Of a DNA stretch of 64,000 nt, positions 16,201 to 25,060 are shown piece by piece. Both the position numbers and the translations under genes were made by a program. The stretch covers positions 1-64,000 of the forward strand of contig JBCCYL010000023.1 of the NCBI GenBank assembly GCA_039189765.1, written 5' to 3'. This DNA is from Cyanobacteria bacterium P01_F01_bin.150 (lineage in GTDB: Bacteria > Cyanobacteriota > Cyanobacteriia > CAKZMO01). How positions within the stretch are numbered: the first letter of the stretch is position 1; each line of letters starts with the position of its first letter. The notes below the pieces were generated by a model. The model searched no databases. It worked only from the letters and a program-made list of their open reading frames with translations, and was not told the DNA's origin.

Positions 16201-16875
16201 ATGGCTATCCTCGATGCTAAAAAGTCATACACCTTTAGCCAACTTGGTAAGCTGACAGTGCCGACAGACGAGTTGCTAGCAGAATTTGGCTACCAATTTA
16301 GTCGTCGGCACATTGAGCTACCCCAAGCAACAGGCGATTTAAAGGAAACGTTAGCGCAAATCGAGGTTACCCGACAGCGAATCGATCGCATTCTTCCCCT
16401 CGCTGACCTGGCGAATGAAACGTCCCGCCGTGAAACTCTAATTGCGCCTGTAATCACTGATGTGGCAATTAATAGCCAGGCTCAGCTACGGATTGAATAT
16501 GCGATCGCGGTCTCCAACTGGCTCCAGGGCGTGTTTGATTATTTGCTGATTAAAGCCTCTAGCCCTCAGTCTTTCAAATCCCCTTTCGGTCCGCTCCTGG
16601 TCGTAGAAGCTAAACAAGAGGATTTGACCAAGGGGTTTAATCAAATGGCGGTGGAACTAATTGCCCTGGACCAATGGGAAAAAAGCCCATCGGTTGATGC
16701 ATATCCGTCTTTTGTTGGTGCCGTTACCACCGGAGATATTTGGCGATTTGGCTGTCTAGATCGGGTCAACAAGTCTATCATTCAACATCTCTCCCTATAC
16801 AGAGTCCCCGAGGATCTTGAAGCAGTGGAGCGAATTTTAATCGGTATTTTAAGTAATTGGACACAATTAATTTAA
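16201..16875 (+). CDS. Conserved cyanobacterial hypothetical protein, PD-(D/E)xK/HsdR-N-like fold
   Basis: NETSRRETLIAP, GVFDY, VVEAK, GAVTTGDIWRF. Confidence 0.7.
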   Translation: MAILDAKKSYTFSQLGKLTVPTDELLAEFGYQFSRRHIELPQATGDLKETLAQIEVTRQRIDRILPLADLANETSRRETLIAPVITDVAINSQAQLRIEYAIAVSNWLQGVFDYLLIKASSPQSFKSPFGPLLVVEAKQEDLTKGFNQMAVELIALDQWEKSPSVDAYPSFVGAVTTGDIWRFGCLDRVNKSIIQHLSLYRVPEDLEAVERILIGILSNWTQLI

Positions 16876-16880
16876 TAAAA

Positions 16881-16916
16881 GTTGAGATGTGCGCTCCGGA
16901 GGGGCGCATATCTCAA
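16881..16916. terminator. Hairpin between convergent genes (TTGAGATGTGCGC..GCGCATATCTCAA), possibly a bidirectional terminator
   Basis: Inverted repeat with A-tract flanks. Confidence 0.5.
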
Positions 16917-16943
16917 TAAAAATAATGTTGTCTAGGTGCTTAA

Positions 16944-17282
16944 TTACATGATTTGAAAGGGGCTGACGATATTTAGAAACTTGCGGATTTGCAGGATAAA
17001 AATTAGGTGTTGAGTCTCAGCGTTGAGTGAGGGGGGATCATCCGATTCTGCCAGGTCTTGCTGTAGCTCCACATATTCACTAGCCGTTAACGGTTCCCCA
17101 TCAACGGGCGATCGCGCCTCCAGAATAATCTCCGTCCGCAAAATCTCTTCGGGCGTATCCTCTGGTGGCGGCAGAGCCACAGTGGATTGGGAGAATGGCA
17201 GCGTGGCGATCGCCACGCTGCCGACGATTCCCATCACAATATGCTTTGGCAAACAACAGAAATAGAACTTACAGTTATTCAT
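16944..17282 (-). CDS. Conserved cyanobacterial hypothetical protein
   Basis: ALPPPEDTPEEILRTEIILEARSPVDGEPLTA motif. Confidence 0.7.
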   Translation of the reverse strand: MNNCKFYFCCLPKHIVMGIVGSVAIATLPFSQSTVALPPPEDTPEEILRTEIILEARSPVDGEPLTASEYVELQQDLAESDDPPSLNAETQHLIFILQIRKFLNIVSPFQIM

Positions 17283-17284
17283 CT

Positions 17285-17335
17285 CTATTTCTTCTCGACA
17301 ATCTTACAAAGGACTTTTCCAGAGACTGATTTCAT
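17285..17335 (-). pseudogene. hicA: Truncated HicA toxin (16 aa)
   Basis: MKSVSGKVLCKIVEKK* matches a HicA N-terminus; lies downstream of hicB; the GSH-containing remainder is absent. Confidence 0.65.
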
Positions 17336-17396
17336 AGTGGGAGTTCCCCTTGGAGTTGATTGAGACTATTAAATCAGGTCAGCTTCGGCATTGGTC

Positions 17397-17600
17397 TCAT
17401 AGCGAGAGTTCCACTAACTGCTTTTCTGGGTCAATTGGCTCTTGCTCACTAGCAACCTCCAGCCAGCCCTCAACCGCTTCTTCTAGCATCTTCACTAACT
17501 CGTCATAGCTCTCTCCCCAAGTGTGACAGCCCGGTAATGCAGGAACCGAGCCACACCACACCCCGTCCTCTTCTTTCCAAATGACTGCTTTAAGTTTCAT
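17397..17600 (-). CDS. hicB: HicB family antitoxin
   Basis: MKLKAVIWKEEDGVWCGSVPALPGCHTWGESYDE..MLEEAV. Confidence 0.88.
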   Translation of the reverse strand: MKLKAVIWKEEDGVWCGSVPALPGCHTWGESYDELVKMLEEAVEGWLEVASEQEPIDPEKQLVELSL

Positions 17601-17710
17601 TTCTGAGACCTTGAACATCAACTTGAAGATTTCTGGTCTAATTGTGGCATGGGGTGCGATCGCTACCAACCCCCATACTCTTCAGACAACATTGGTGCTG
17701 CCACTAGTGG

Positions 17711-18628
17711 CTAAGCTGCCACCGAATTCGGCACCGAATCCAGCAGCTCCTGTACCAAGGTTTTGGCTCGATGACCGCTACTGGGAATTAGGCGGTGGGC
17801 TAGAACTGCAATCGCCAATTCCTTTACATCGTCCGGGATCACAAAATCTCGCCCTTTCAAAAAAGCTAGAGCTTGGCTGGTCCGATGAAGTGCCACAGTG
17901 CCCCTGGGACTGACTCCCAATCGAATATCGTTATGATCACGGGTCGCTCGGACCAAGGCTAAAATATAGCGCTGAACATTATCCTTAACTCTGACCTGGG
18001 CACAGGCATCCCGTAATTGTTTCACCTCTGCTAGCGAGATACATGGCTCAATCTTTTGGGACGCTTTGCCATCCTGCAACCGCTGTAGCATCTGTAATTC
18101 TTCTGATTCCGACGGATAGCCCAAACTCAACGAGAGGCTAAAACGATCCATTTGGGCCTCAGGCAGAGGAAACGTCCCTTGATACTCCACTGGGTTCTGG
18201 GTGGCAATGACAAAAAACGGTTCAGGCACAGAGCGAGACACGCCATCCGTTGTCACCTGGTGTTCTTCCATCACCTCTAGCAATGCAGACTGGGTACGAG
18301 GAGTCGCTCGGTTAATCTCATCCGTGAGCAATATGTTTCCAAAGACTGGTCCCTGTAAAAACTCAAACTCTCCGGTCTGCGGATTCCAAATATTAGTTCC
18401 AGTAACATCAGTCGGTAACAGGTCTGGAGTACACTGCACTCGCTTAAAAGAACCATCAATTGAGCGAGCTAAAGACTTAGCCAGCAGGGTTTTGCCCACA
18501 CCAGGTACATCTTCTAACAAAACATGACCGCCAGAAAAAAGTGCGGTTAAAACAAGCTGAATCTCTTGCTCTTTACCAACAATGGCACGACCTAAATTGC
18601 TGATTAAGCGTTCAATACTCTCTCTCAT
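17711..18628 (-). CDS. moxR: MoxR family AAA+ ATPase
   Basis: LEDVPGVGKT, QCTPDLLPTD, DEINRATPRTQSALLE, ATQNP, PLPEAQMDRF. Confidence 0.92.
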   Translation of the reverse strand: MRESIERLISNLGRAIVGKEQEIQLVLTALFSGGHVLLEDVPGVGKTLLAKSLARSIDGSFKRVQCTPDLLPTDVTGTNIWNPQTGEFEFLQGPVFGNILLTDEINRATPRTQSALLEVMEEHQVTTDGVSRSVPEPFFVIATQNPVEYQGTFPLPEAQMDRFSLSLSLGYPSESEELQMLQRLQDGKASQKIEPCISLAEVKQLRDACAQVRVKDNVQRYILALVRATRDHNDIRLGVSPRGTVALHRTSQALAFLKGRDFVIPDDVKELAIAVLAHRLIPSSGHRAKTLVQELLDSVPNSVAA

Positions 18629-18910
18629 ATATTCTCCTCATATGATCCTCTTCATAAAGGTTTCACCTCGAACAGGATTGCCATTGTGATAGTTGTGTGG
18701 AGATCACCTAAATCGCAACGAGGAAAAACATACGAGTCTAATTTATCTAAATACTGATATGACCTGAACTAGCCAGGCAGTAATCAGGAACGGTGTCCTT
18801 TCTCCCAGTATGGTCACGCCACGTAGGTAGCGTAGGCCATTTAAATAAGATCCATATGATCCGGGCTTTATCCTCGTTGTGACAATGACCCTACTGGAGA
18901 GAGTACCCAA

Positions 18911-19090
18911 TTACTCATCATCATCGTCATCTTCATCGTCTTCAGGATAGACAAAGCTAGCAGACTGGCCGGTTAGAACAGACTTGCCTTGGGACAGTGC
19001 CCTCTCTGCTTGAAGACGAGCCTTTCCTTTCCAGACAGCACGACGCATACTGCGCTTAGATTTAGACGTTCGTTTCTTTGGAACTGCCAT
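18911..19090 (-). CDS. rpmF: 50S ribosomal protein L32 (absent from the ORF track, 59 aa)
   Basis: [41 protein letters not shown]...acidic tail. Confidence 0.95.
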   Translation of the reverse strand: MAVPKKRTSKSKRSMRRAVWKGKARLQAERALSQGKSVLTGQSASFVYPEDDEDDDDDE

Positions 19091-19187
19091 GATTTAGTGG
19101 GTTAGTTGACAACCTTTCAATAATAGAGCATCGGGTCTTCTCTTGCCACATAAAAATCAACTTGCTACCCTGACCTAAGTAAGCAGG

Positions 19188-19268
19188 CGGGATTTCGTTT
19201 TAAGGCGAAACAGAATTAACGGCGGTATGGACGCGACGCGCCCACACCGCCCGCCTAACGTTGATACC
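19188..19268 (+). repeat. ~80-bp structured dispersed repeat (reference copy)
   Basis: GGATTTCGTTTTAAGGCGAAAC-AGAATT-AACGGCGGT..GCGACGC..ACCGCCCGCCTAACGTTGATACC. Confidence 0.8.
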
Positions 19269-19284
19269 CGGCAGGAGGGCACTG

Positions 19285-20160
19285 GTGAAAACAGCAGGTA
19301 ATACAGTCATCTTAGGCTGTGGATATGTGGGACAAAGAGTTGCCCAGACTTGGTTAAATCAAGGGTTAGGCGTAGTCGTAACCACCACCACAGCGTCTAA
19401 AGTGTCAGAGTTAGAAGCGATCGCGAGCAATGACAATCGTCATCCCACAGCAGTTGTTATGCAAGGCAACGACGCCAATGCCTTAACAAAGCTATTGTCA
19501 GGACAAGACACGTTACTGGTGTCATTAGCGCCCCATAGAGGCGGGTCCTACAAAGATACCTATTTAGCAACGGCCCAGACCCTAGCCCAGGTGCTCCCTC
19601 AAACATCAATCAAGCAGGTGATTTACACCAGCAGCTTTGGCGTCTATGGCAACCATGGAGGCCATTGGGTCACTGAAGAAACGGCGATCGCCCCCACTAC
19701 GGACAGTCGTCAAATACTTGCCGACTCTGAAAAGTATTTGTTAGACATCGCTTCTGAGAAACTACTGGTGTGCATACTACGCTTAGGTGGCATCTACGGT
19801 CCTGGCCGCGAGCTATTGAGAATTTTCCAACGGCTGTCTGGCACCACAGCAGATGGGGATGGAAAATCGCCCAGCAACTGGGTTCATGTGGATGATATCG
19901 TCGGCTCAATTGATTTTGCGCAAGCCCATCGCCTCAGAGGTATTTACAACGTGGTTCAGGATACAATTTTGAGCCGTAGAGACCTGTTGGATCGGCTGTT
20001 TCAGACGTACAATCTACCAGGGGTGGAGTGGAATCCAAGCGTTGCGGGGCAGCGATCGCTCAACGTTAAAGTATCCAATCAAAAGTTAAGAGATGCAGGC
20101 TACTCTTTTATTCACACTGATTTCTGGATTCCAGCCGACTACAAACTTCCTCAAACGTAA
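19285..20160 (+). CDS. NAD-dependent epimerase/dehydratase (atypical SDR)
   Basis: ILGCGYVG, YTSSFGVYG, LRLGGIYGPGR, VHVDDI; AGGAGG before GTG 19285. Confidence 0.85.
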   Translation: MKTAGNTVILGCGYVGQRVAQTWLNQGLGVVVTTTTASKVSELEAIASNDNRHPTAVVMQGNDANALTKLLSGQDTLLVSLAPHRGGSYKDTYLATAQTLAQVLPQTSIKQVIYTSSFGVYGNHGGHWVTEETAIAPTTDSRQILADSEKYLLDIASEKLLVCILRLGGIYGPGRELLRIFQRLSGTTADGDGKSPSNWVHVDDIVGSIDFAQAHRLRGIYNVVQDTILSRRDLLDRLFQTYNLPGVEWNPSVAGQRSLNVKVSNQKLRDAGYSFIHTDFWIPADYKLPQT

Positions 20161-20163
20161 CTC

Positions 20164-21183
20164 ATGAAAATTGTTTATTTTGGTACCCCCCAATTTGCCG
20201 TCCCGAGCCTAGAAAAACTGTTCGAAGTTCCTGACATAAATGTGGTTGCTGTAGTGACGCAACCTGATAAACGGCGAGGACGAGGCAACAAATTAATTCC
20301 ATCCCCCGTGAAAGCGATCGCCGTTGCCCACGATATTCCCGTATGGCAGCCCAAAAGCGTCAAAAAAGATGATGCAACGTTGGAACAGTTAGCGGCAGTC
20401 CAAGCGGATGCATTCGTGGTAGTAGCCTATGGCCAAATTTTGTCCCAGCAAATTCTAGATATGCCTCGGCTAGGCTGTATCAATGGTCATGGCTCTATTT
20501 TGCCGGAGTACCGAGGAGCCGCGCCGATTCAGTGGTGTTTAGTCCACGGCAAATCAGAAACGGGGATGACCTCCATGCTGATGGATGCGGGCATGGATAC
20601 GGGACCCATGTTGCTTAAACGCACCGTACCCATTGGCTGGCTTGATACCACCTTAGACCTGGCGAAATCTTTGTCTGCTCTATCTGCAGAGCTGTTAGTG
20701 GAGACGCTCAATGGTTTAGACCAGGGCACCATTGAACCAATCCCCCAGGATAATGCTCAGGCCACCTATGCTCCGTTGATTAAAAAGGAGGACTACGGTT
20801 TGGACTGGTCCAAGTCGGCGATCGCCCTCCATAATCAAATTCGCGGCTTTTATCCCAACTGCGTCACCACGTTTCGAGACCAGTCTCTCAAAATTAAGGA
20901 ATCGCTGCCCATTCACCCATCGATTGCAGACGATCTGACCCAAACCCTACCGGAAACATTTACTGAGGCAATTTCCCAAGGCTTAGACCTTCTGCCCACT
21001 CTCGATTCGAGCCAAATCAAGCCAGGGACAGTGGTGGCTTTAGTTAAAAATACCGGAGCACTTGTTTGCACGGGCGATGGGCTGTTGCTGATTCGGGAGG
21101 CACAACTGGCAGGGAAGCGATCGCAATCCGGCTGGGATTTTGTCAACGGCACTCGCTTGGAGGTAGGGGAAAAGCTTAATTAA
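20164..21183 (+). CDS. fmt: Methionyl-tRNA formyltransferase
   Basis: [42 protein letters not shown]. Confidence 0.96.
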   Translation: MKIVYFGTPQFAVPSLEKLFEVPDINVVAVVTQPDKRRGRGNKLIPSPVKAIAVAHDIPVWQPKSVKKDDATLEQLAAVQADAFVVVAYGQILSQQILDMPRLGCINGHGSILPEYRGAAPIQWCLVHGKSETGMTSMLMDAGMDTGPMLLKRTVPIGWLDTTLDLAKSLSALSAELLVETLNGLDQGTIEPIPQDNAQATYAPLIKKEDYGLDWSKSAIALHNQIRGFYPNCVTTFRDQSLKIKESLPIHPSIADDLTQTLPETFTEAISQGLDLLPTLDSSQIKPGTVVALVKNTGALVCTGDGLLLIREAQLAGKRSQSGWDFVNGTRLEVGEKLN

Positions 21184-21189
21184 ATTTAC

Positions 21190-22182
21190 CTAAGCTGATT
21201 TAGGTAATATTTCTGTAGGGGATAAAGAAACTGACTCCACAGAAGCAGTCGGCAGATCGGGCGAGGGCTGCAGCCTTCCATCTTCCAGGTAGGTAATGTG
21301 GTCAGCAACATCTTTGATACGGGGATCGTGAGTGACCATCAAAACGGTGCGATCGCCTTCTTTCGCCAATCTACACAGCATTTCAATCACCATATGACCG
21401 CTGTGGGAGTCCAACGCCGCAGTTGGCTCATCAGCCATGATTAAAGGAGGATTTCCAGCCAAGGCCCGGGCGATCGCCACCCGTTGCTTCTGCCCACCAG
21501 AAAGATTTTTCGGCAAGTGATTAGCTTTATCTCCCAACCCAACTTGTTCTAACCAGTACAGCGCCTCTTTACGAGCTTGTCGAGGGCGAATGCCGCGCAT
21601 TTTAAGGGCAACCACGATATTCTCAGTGGCAGTCAAAGCATCAAACAAATTGAAGCCTTGGAAAATAAAGCCAATGTTATTGAGACGAAACTTGGCTAGC
21701 TGCCGTTTGGACAGCTTAGTGATGTTTGTGCCCAAAAGGTTAACGTTACCCGCTATCGGGCTGAGGATGCCGCCTAAAATTGACAGCAGGGTAGTTTTGC
21801 CTGAACCTGATGGCCCCATCAGCAGCTGAACTGTGCCGGGTTGAATGCCCAAATTTACATCGTGGAGTACCGTCTGTGATTGGCTACCCGTCTGATACGT
21901 CATGCGGATATTGTGAGCGGCGATCGCATTCCCACTAATTGGAGTAGGCATTATAGAGGCGCTAGATACTACTAATACATCAGACTCCCGCCTCGAAGAG
22001 GCTTCATCAATATGGGGTAAGCAAGTAACCTGGCCATTTGCCATAACGTCATGCACTTTTACAGTATTGGATGCAGGAATAGAAGAACGCATTGGGTTAA
22101 GAGCATTTACTGACCCAACAGGGCGGCGTCGAAGCAGCCGAGGAAATAGTACTGACGAATGAGTCATCGTTCTGGCACCCAT
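21190..22182 (-). CDS. ABC transporter ATP-binding protein (DevA/LolD-like) with N-terminal extension; start uncertain
   Basis: [30 protein letters not shown]. Confidence 0.88.
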   Translation of the reverse strand: MGARTMTHSSVLFPRLLRRRPVGSVNALNPMRSSIPASNTVKVHDVMANGQVTCLPHIDEASSRRESDVLVVSSASIMPTPISGNAIAAHNIRMTYQTGSQSQTVLHDVNLGIQPGTVQLLMGPSGSGKTTLLSILGGILSPIAGNVNLLGTNITKLSKRQLAKFRLNNIGFIFQGFNLFDALTATENIVVALKMRGIRPRQARKEALYWLEQVGLGDKANHLPKNLSGGQKQRVAIARALAGNPPLIMADEPTAALDSHSGHMVIEMLCRLAKEGDRTVLMVTHDPRIKDVADHITYLEDGRLQPSPDLPTASVESVSLSPTEILPKSA

Positions 22183-22536
22183 AGTAAAAACGTTATAAAA
22201 CCAAAGTAATCATGCATAAAGCACTCTAATATTCATTAGTCTGCGCAATGAGAAGAACGATGTTCAACAGTATACGCAAGGAAAAAAGGTTTGCTATCCC
22301 CTGACAGCAGGACTCCATTCGGTGATTTCAGTAGCTGAATCGATAAAGCAAGGAACCAATAGAGGCAAAAAACCTAGAACTTTAACTAAAACGCTACACA
22401 TGAATACCTCAAATAAAGAATCTGCTCCAATAGGAACAGATAAAATCAACATTGAATCAACCATAACTATAATCAAGCCTCAAGCTGAGACGTGGCTATT
22501 CCAGAAATGAGATTGTCCTGAATATTTTGCCAAAAT

Positions 22537-22616
22537 CGGGTTCCGCTCTAAAGTGGACTGATCAAATAATGGTGTGGGCACAAAGCACCCACACTACCCG
22601 CCTAAAATTGATACCC
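22537..22616 (+). repeat. ~80-bp structured dispersed repeat
   Basis: GGGTTCCGCTCTAAAGTGGAC...GGTGTGGGCAC..GCACCCACACTACCCGCCTAAAATTGATACC. Confidence 0.7.
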
Positions 22617-22970
22617 CAAAAATCTACATTAGGAAAATCTATCCTGGGAAAAACCACATACCCTTGTTTTTGCCAAATCTACCTTGACCACGAAAAATGC
22701 TGATCCCTGCTGCTGGAAATTACGCAAATTCTGAGTCTTATCTCGATGCATGTAAGTTTACTCACGCCATACTCATTAAGAATTGAGTATTTTCTTGGAG
22801 GTAATCTCTGGCATTGATCGCAGAAACTTAATATCAGCTATGACAATACATAGATTGACATGGCTTTGCTACCATTAAATTTGCGCAGACAGGTATGACT
22901 CGAAATTCTTTGTGGAACTTAGAGTTCAGAGTCCGTTCGATATCTCAGCATCGAGATTTATCTAGCCAGT

Positions 22971-22996
22971 AAAAAAGCCTGACAGAAGGTCAGGCC
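22971..22996 (-). terminator. Rho-independent terminator-like hairpin (minus strand), no obvious upstream ORF
   Basis: GCCTGAC-CTTCT-GTCAGGC-TTTTTT on the minus strand. Confidence 0.6.
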
Positions 22997-23069
22997 ATAC
23001 AAGGTGTTTTCTACCCTATGCAAGGTGTCTGATTCAGTGTTCCCGGTCTTATCTCTCAAATTGCAATTT

Positions 23070-23151
23070 AGGGCTTAAAACTTAAGCAGGGAAGGATGTA
23101 ATAGGATACTGGGGCGCTTTGAATCCCAGTATCGCGTTAAAATACAAACCC
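23070..23151 (+). repeat. ~80-bp structured dispersed repeat, subfamily B
   Basis: GGGCTTAAAACTTAAGCAGGGAAGGATGTAAT-GATACTGGG..CCCAGTATC-GCGTTAAAATACAAACC. Confidence 0.65.
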
Positions 23152-23384
23152 AATTTAGGCGAGTTTCGTTGTGAAGTAGGCCCTAATTGACAATGGAAAC
23201 GCAAGCGTTACTGCTTTCTAGCTGAGTCGGTATTTTTAGGGCGGGGGGCGGGGCAAGAACCAGGGTATCCCGTCCATTTTTGCATTTTCTAGAAAATGCT
23301 TGGAGTATCCATTGCTGACGATTGCCCGATGGACGTTAGTATAATGAGTGTTCATATTCTCATTCCCAACGGGGGCAACGCGTC

Positions 23385-24269
23385 GTGCTGTCAATGCTAG
23401 CTGCTGATTTTCAGATTATTTTTGATCGCGATCCTGCGGCTCGAAACTGGATAGAGGTTTTACTTTGCTATCCAGGACTCCAAGCCATTATGCTTCATCG
23501 CTTAGCTCACAGCTTCTATACCCTCAAACTTCCGGTTATTCCTCGTTTAGTGTCTCACCTGTCGCGCTTTTTAACGGGGATTGAAATTCATCCTGGTGCA
23601 GTCATTGGCAAAGGGCTATGCATCGACCATGGGATGGGAGTGGTAATTGGGGAGACTGCAATTTTGGGAGATTACTGCTTAATTTATCAAGGAGTAACCC
23701 TTGGAGGAACCGGCAAAGAAACTGGAAAACGTCATCCTACCCTGGGCGATAACGTCGTCGTTGGGGCAGGCGCAAAAGTTCTTGGAAATCTGCAAATCGG
23801 GAATAATGTCCGGGTTGGCGCTGGATCTGTTGTACTAAGAAATGTACCTTCTGACTGTACCGTGGTTGGAGTCCCAGGGCGTATTGTTTACCGCTCTGGG
23901 GAGAAAACAGGGCCGCTGGAACATGGTCGGCTTCCTGATTCAGAAGCGCAAGTCATTCGATTATTGCTCGATCGCATTGAAACGCTGGAGCAACAAGTCC
24001 AATCACTTACCCATCAAACCACGACTGTTAATGGCAATATTAATGGTAATAATAGTCGTGGAGGTGCTGCTTATGACACAGAAGTCTATGAGAAAAGAGG
24101 CATCTCATCCCATGAGGATGTTCATATTGAAAAAAAATCAACCGCTCTTGCAGCGAAGTCTCCTATCATTGCTAATAAAATGCCCGTGCCGTCGCGCCCC
24201 AAAGTAACTCAAAGCTGTCAGATCAAGGATAAAGTAATCGAACAGTTTCTAGATAGTTCGGGGCTATAA
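23385..24269 (+). CDS. cysE: Serine O-acetyltransferase
   Basis: RDPAAR, GIEIHPGA, IDHGMGVVIGET, GVTLGGTGKE.GKRHPT; TATAAT at 23340-23345 upstream. Confidence 0.95.
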   Translation: MLSMLAADFQIIFDRDPAARNWIEVLLCYPGLQAIMLHRLAHSFYTLKLPVIPRLVSHLSRFLTGIEIHPGAVIGKGLCIDHGMGVVIGETAILGDYCLIYQGVTLGGTGKETGKRHPTLGDNVVVGAGAKVLGNLQIGNNVRVGAGSVVLRNVPSDCTVVGVPGRIVYRSGEKTGPLEHGRLPDSEAQVIRLLLDRIETLEQQVQSLTHQTTTVNGNINGNNSRGGAAYDTEVYEKRGISSHEDVHIEKKSTALAAKSPIIANKMPVPSRPKVTQSCQIKDKVIEQFLDSSGL

Positions 24270-24284
24270 AGTCAACAAAGCAAC

Positions 24285-24869
24285 ATGGCCATTCAGAAAT
24301 CACAGTACGAGGAACTACTAGCAACCTACACGGATCATCAGGGCATGCTCCTGCTGCTCAAAAGGTTTCGTCCGTACCTAGAAATGTTGCCTAGCATGCG
24401 TCGCCCAGGAGAGAGTTTGATTACCATTCCCCTCCCTATTGTTCGGGTGCGAGAGGCAGCCCCAGCAAGCAGCCTCAATACCTCTACATTAGCTCCGGGT
24501 GACGCAGTTCGCTTACCCTGCGATGTTGCAGTGTTGATGTGTGACCCAGACTGGAAGATAAAAACGGGAGTCGAGATTTTCGTATTTATTCATCGCCCCA
24601 ATGAAGATTTCTCAGACTTGCTTGGGCGATGGCGGCAAACTCAACTGTGGCTTAACAAAGGCTATGATTGGAATATGCCTCCCCGATACCGACACATTTT
24701 TAGTGAAGGCGCAGAAGAATCCTACGCCCTATTCGTTATTTTGCCTGAAACGCCTGAGCGTATCCGACGAGGTCTTAATGGAGCTGCCCTGCCATACGTT
24801 TTGGAAAATGTGCCTGTAGCCAAGGACAATAGCGAAGAAGAGCCTTTGGAGCCGGAATTGATTGATTGA
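24285..24869 (+). CDS. Conserved cyanobacterial hypothetical protein
   Basis: Operonic with cysE; PYLEMLPSMRRP, LMCDPDWKIKTG.EI. Confidence 0.75.
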   Translation: MAIQKSQYEELLATYTDHQGMLLLLKRFRPYLEMLPSMRRPGESLITIPLPIVRVREAAPASSLNTSTLAPGDAVRLPCDVAVLMCDPDWKIKTGVEIFVFIHRPNEDFSDLLGRWRQTQLWLNKGYDWNMPPRYRHIFSEGAEESYALFVILPETPERIRRGLNGAALPYVLENVPVAKDNSEEEPLEPELID

Positions 24870-25060
24870 TATGTTAACGACGAAACCAAAACTTGAATAC
24901 ATACCACAATACTTTAACGCCATCACGCCAATTGATTTTCTTTCCGGCTTCGTATAAACGACCGTAATAAATATGAGATGCCTGTCTCATATATCCGCCA
25001 GAGACGACGGGAAAGAGCTACTTTCATCGTAAACTCTACTTCAAAAGTTAAACCGGATTG

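Noticed and set aside
17711..18628. MoxR as the core of a vWA-MoxR conflict system linked to the EAD/NLR locus
   Set aside because: It is a stand-alone housekeeping-type MoxR more than 8 kb away, with no adjacent vWA gene.
22294..22510. Two overlapping ~60-aa ORFs in the intergenic region
   Set aside because: No recognisable motif or RBS; cannot be supported.
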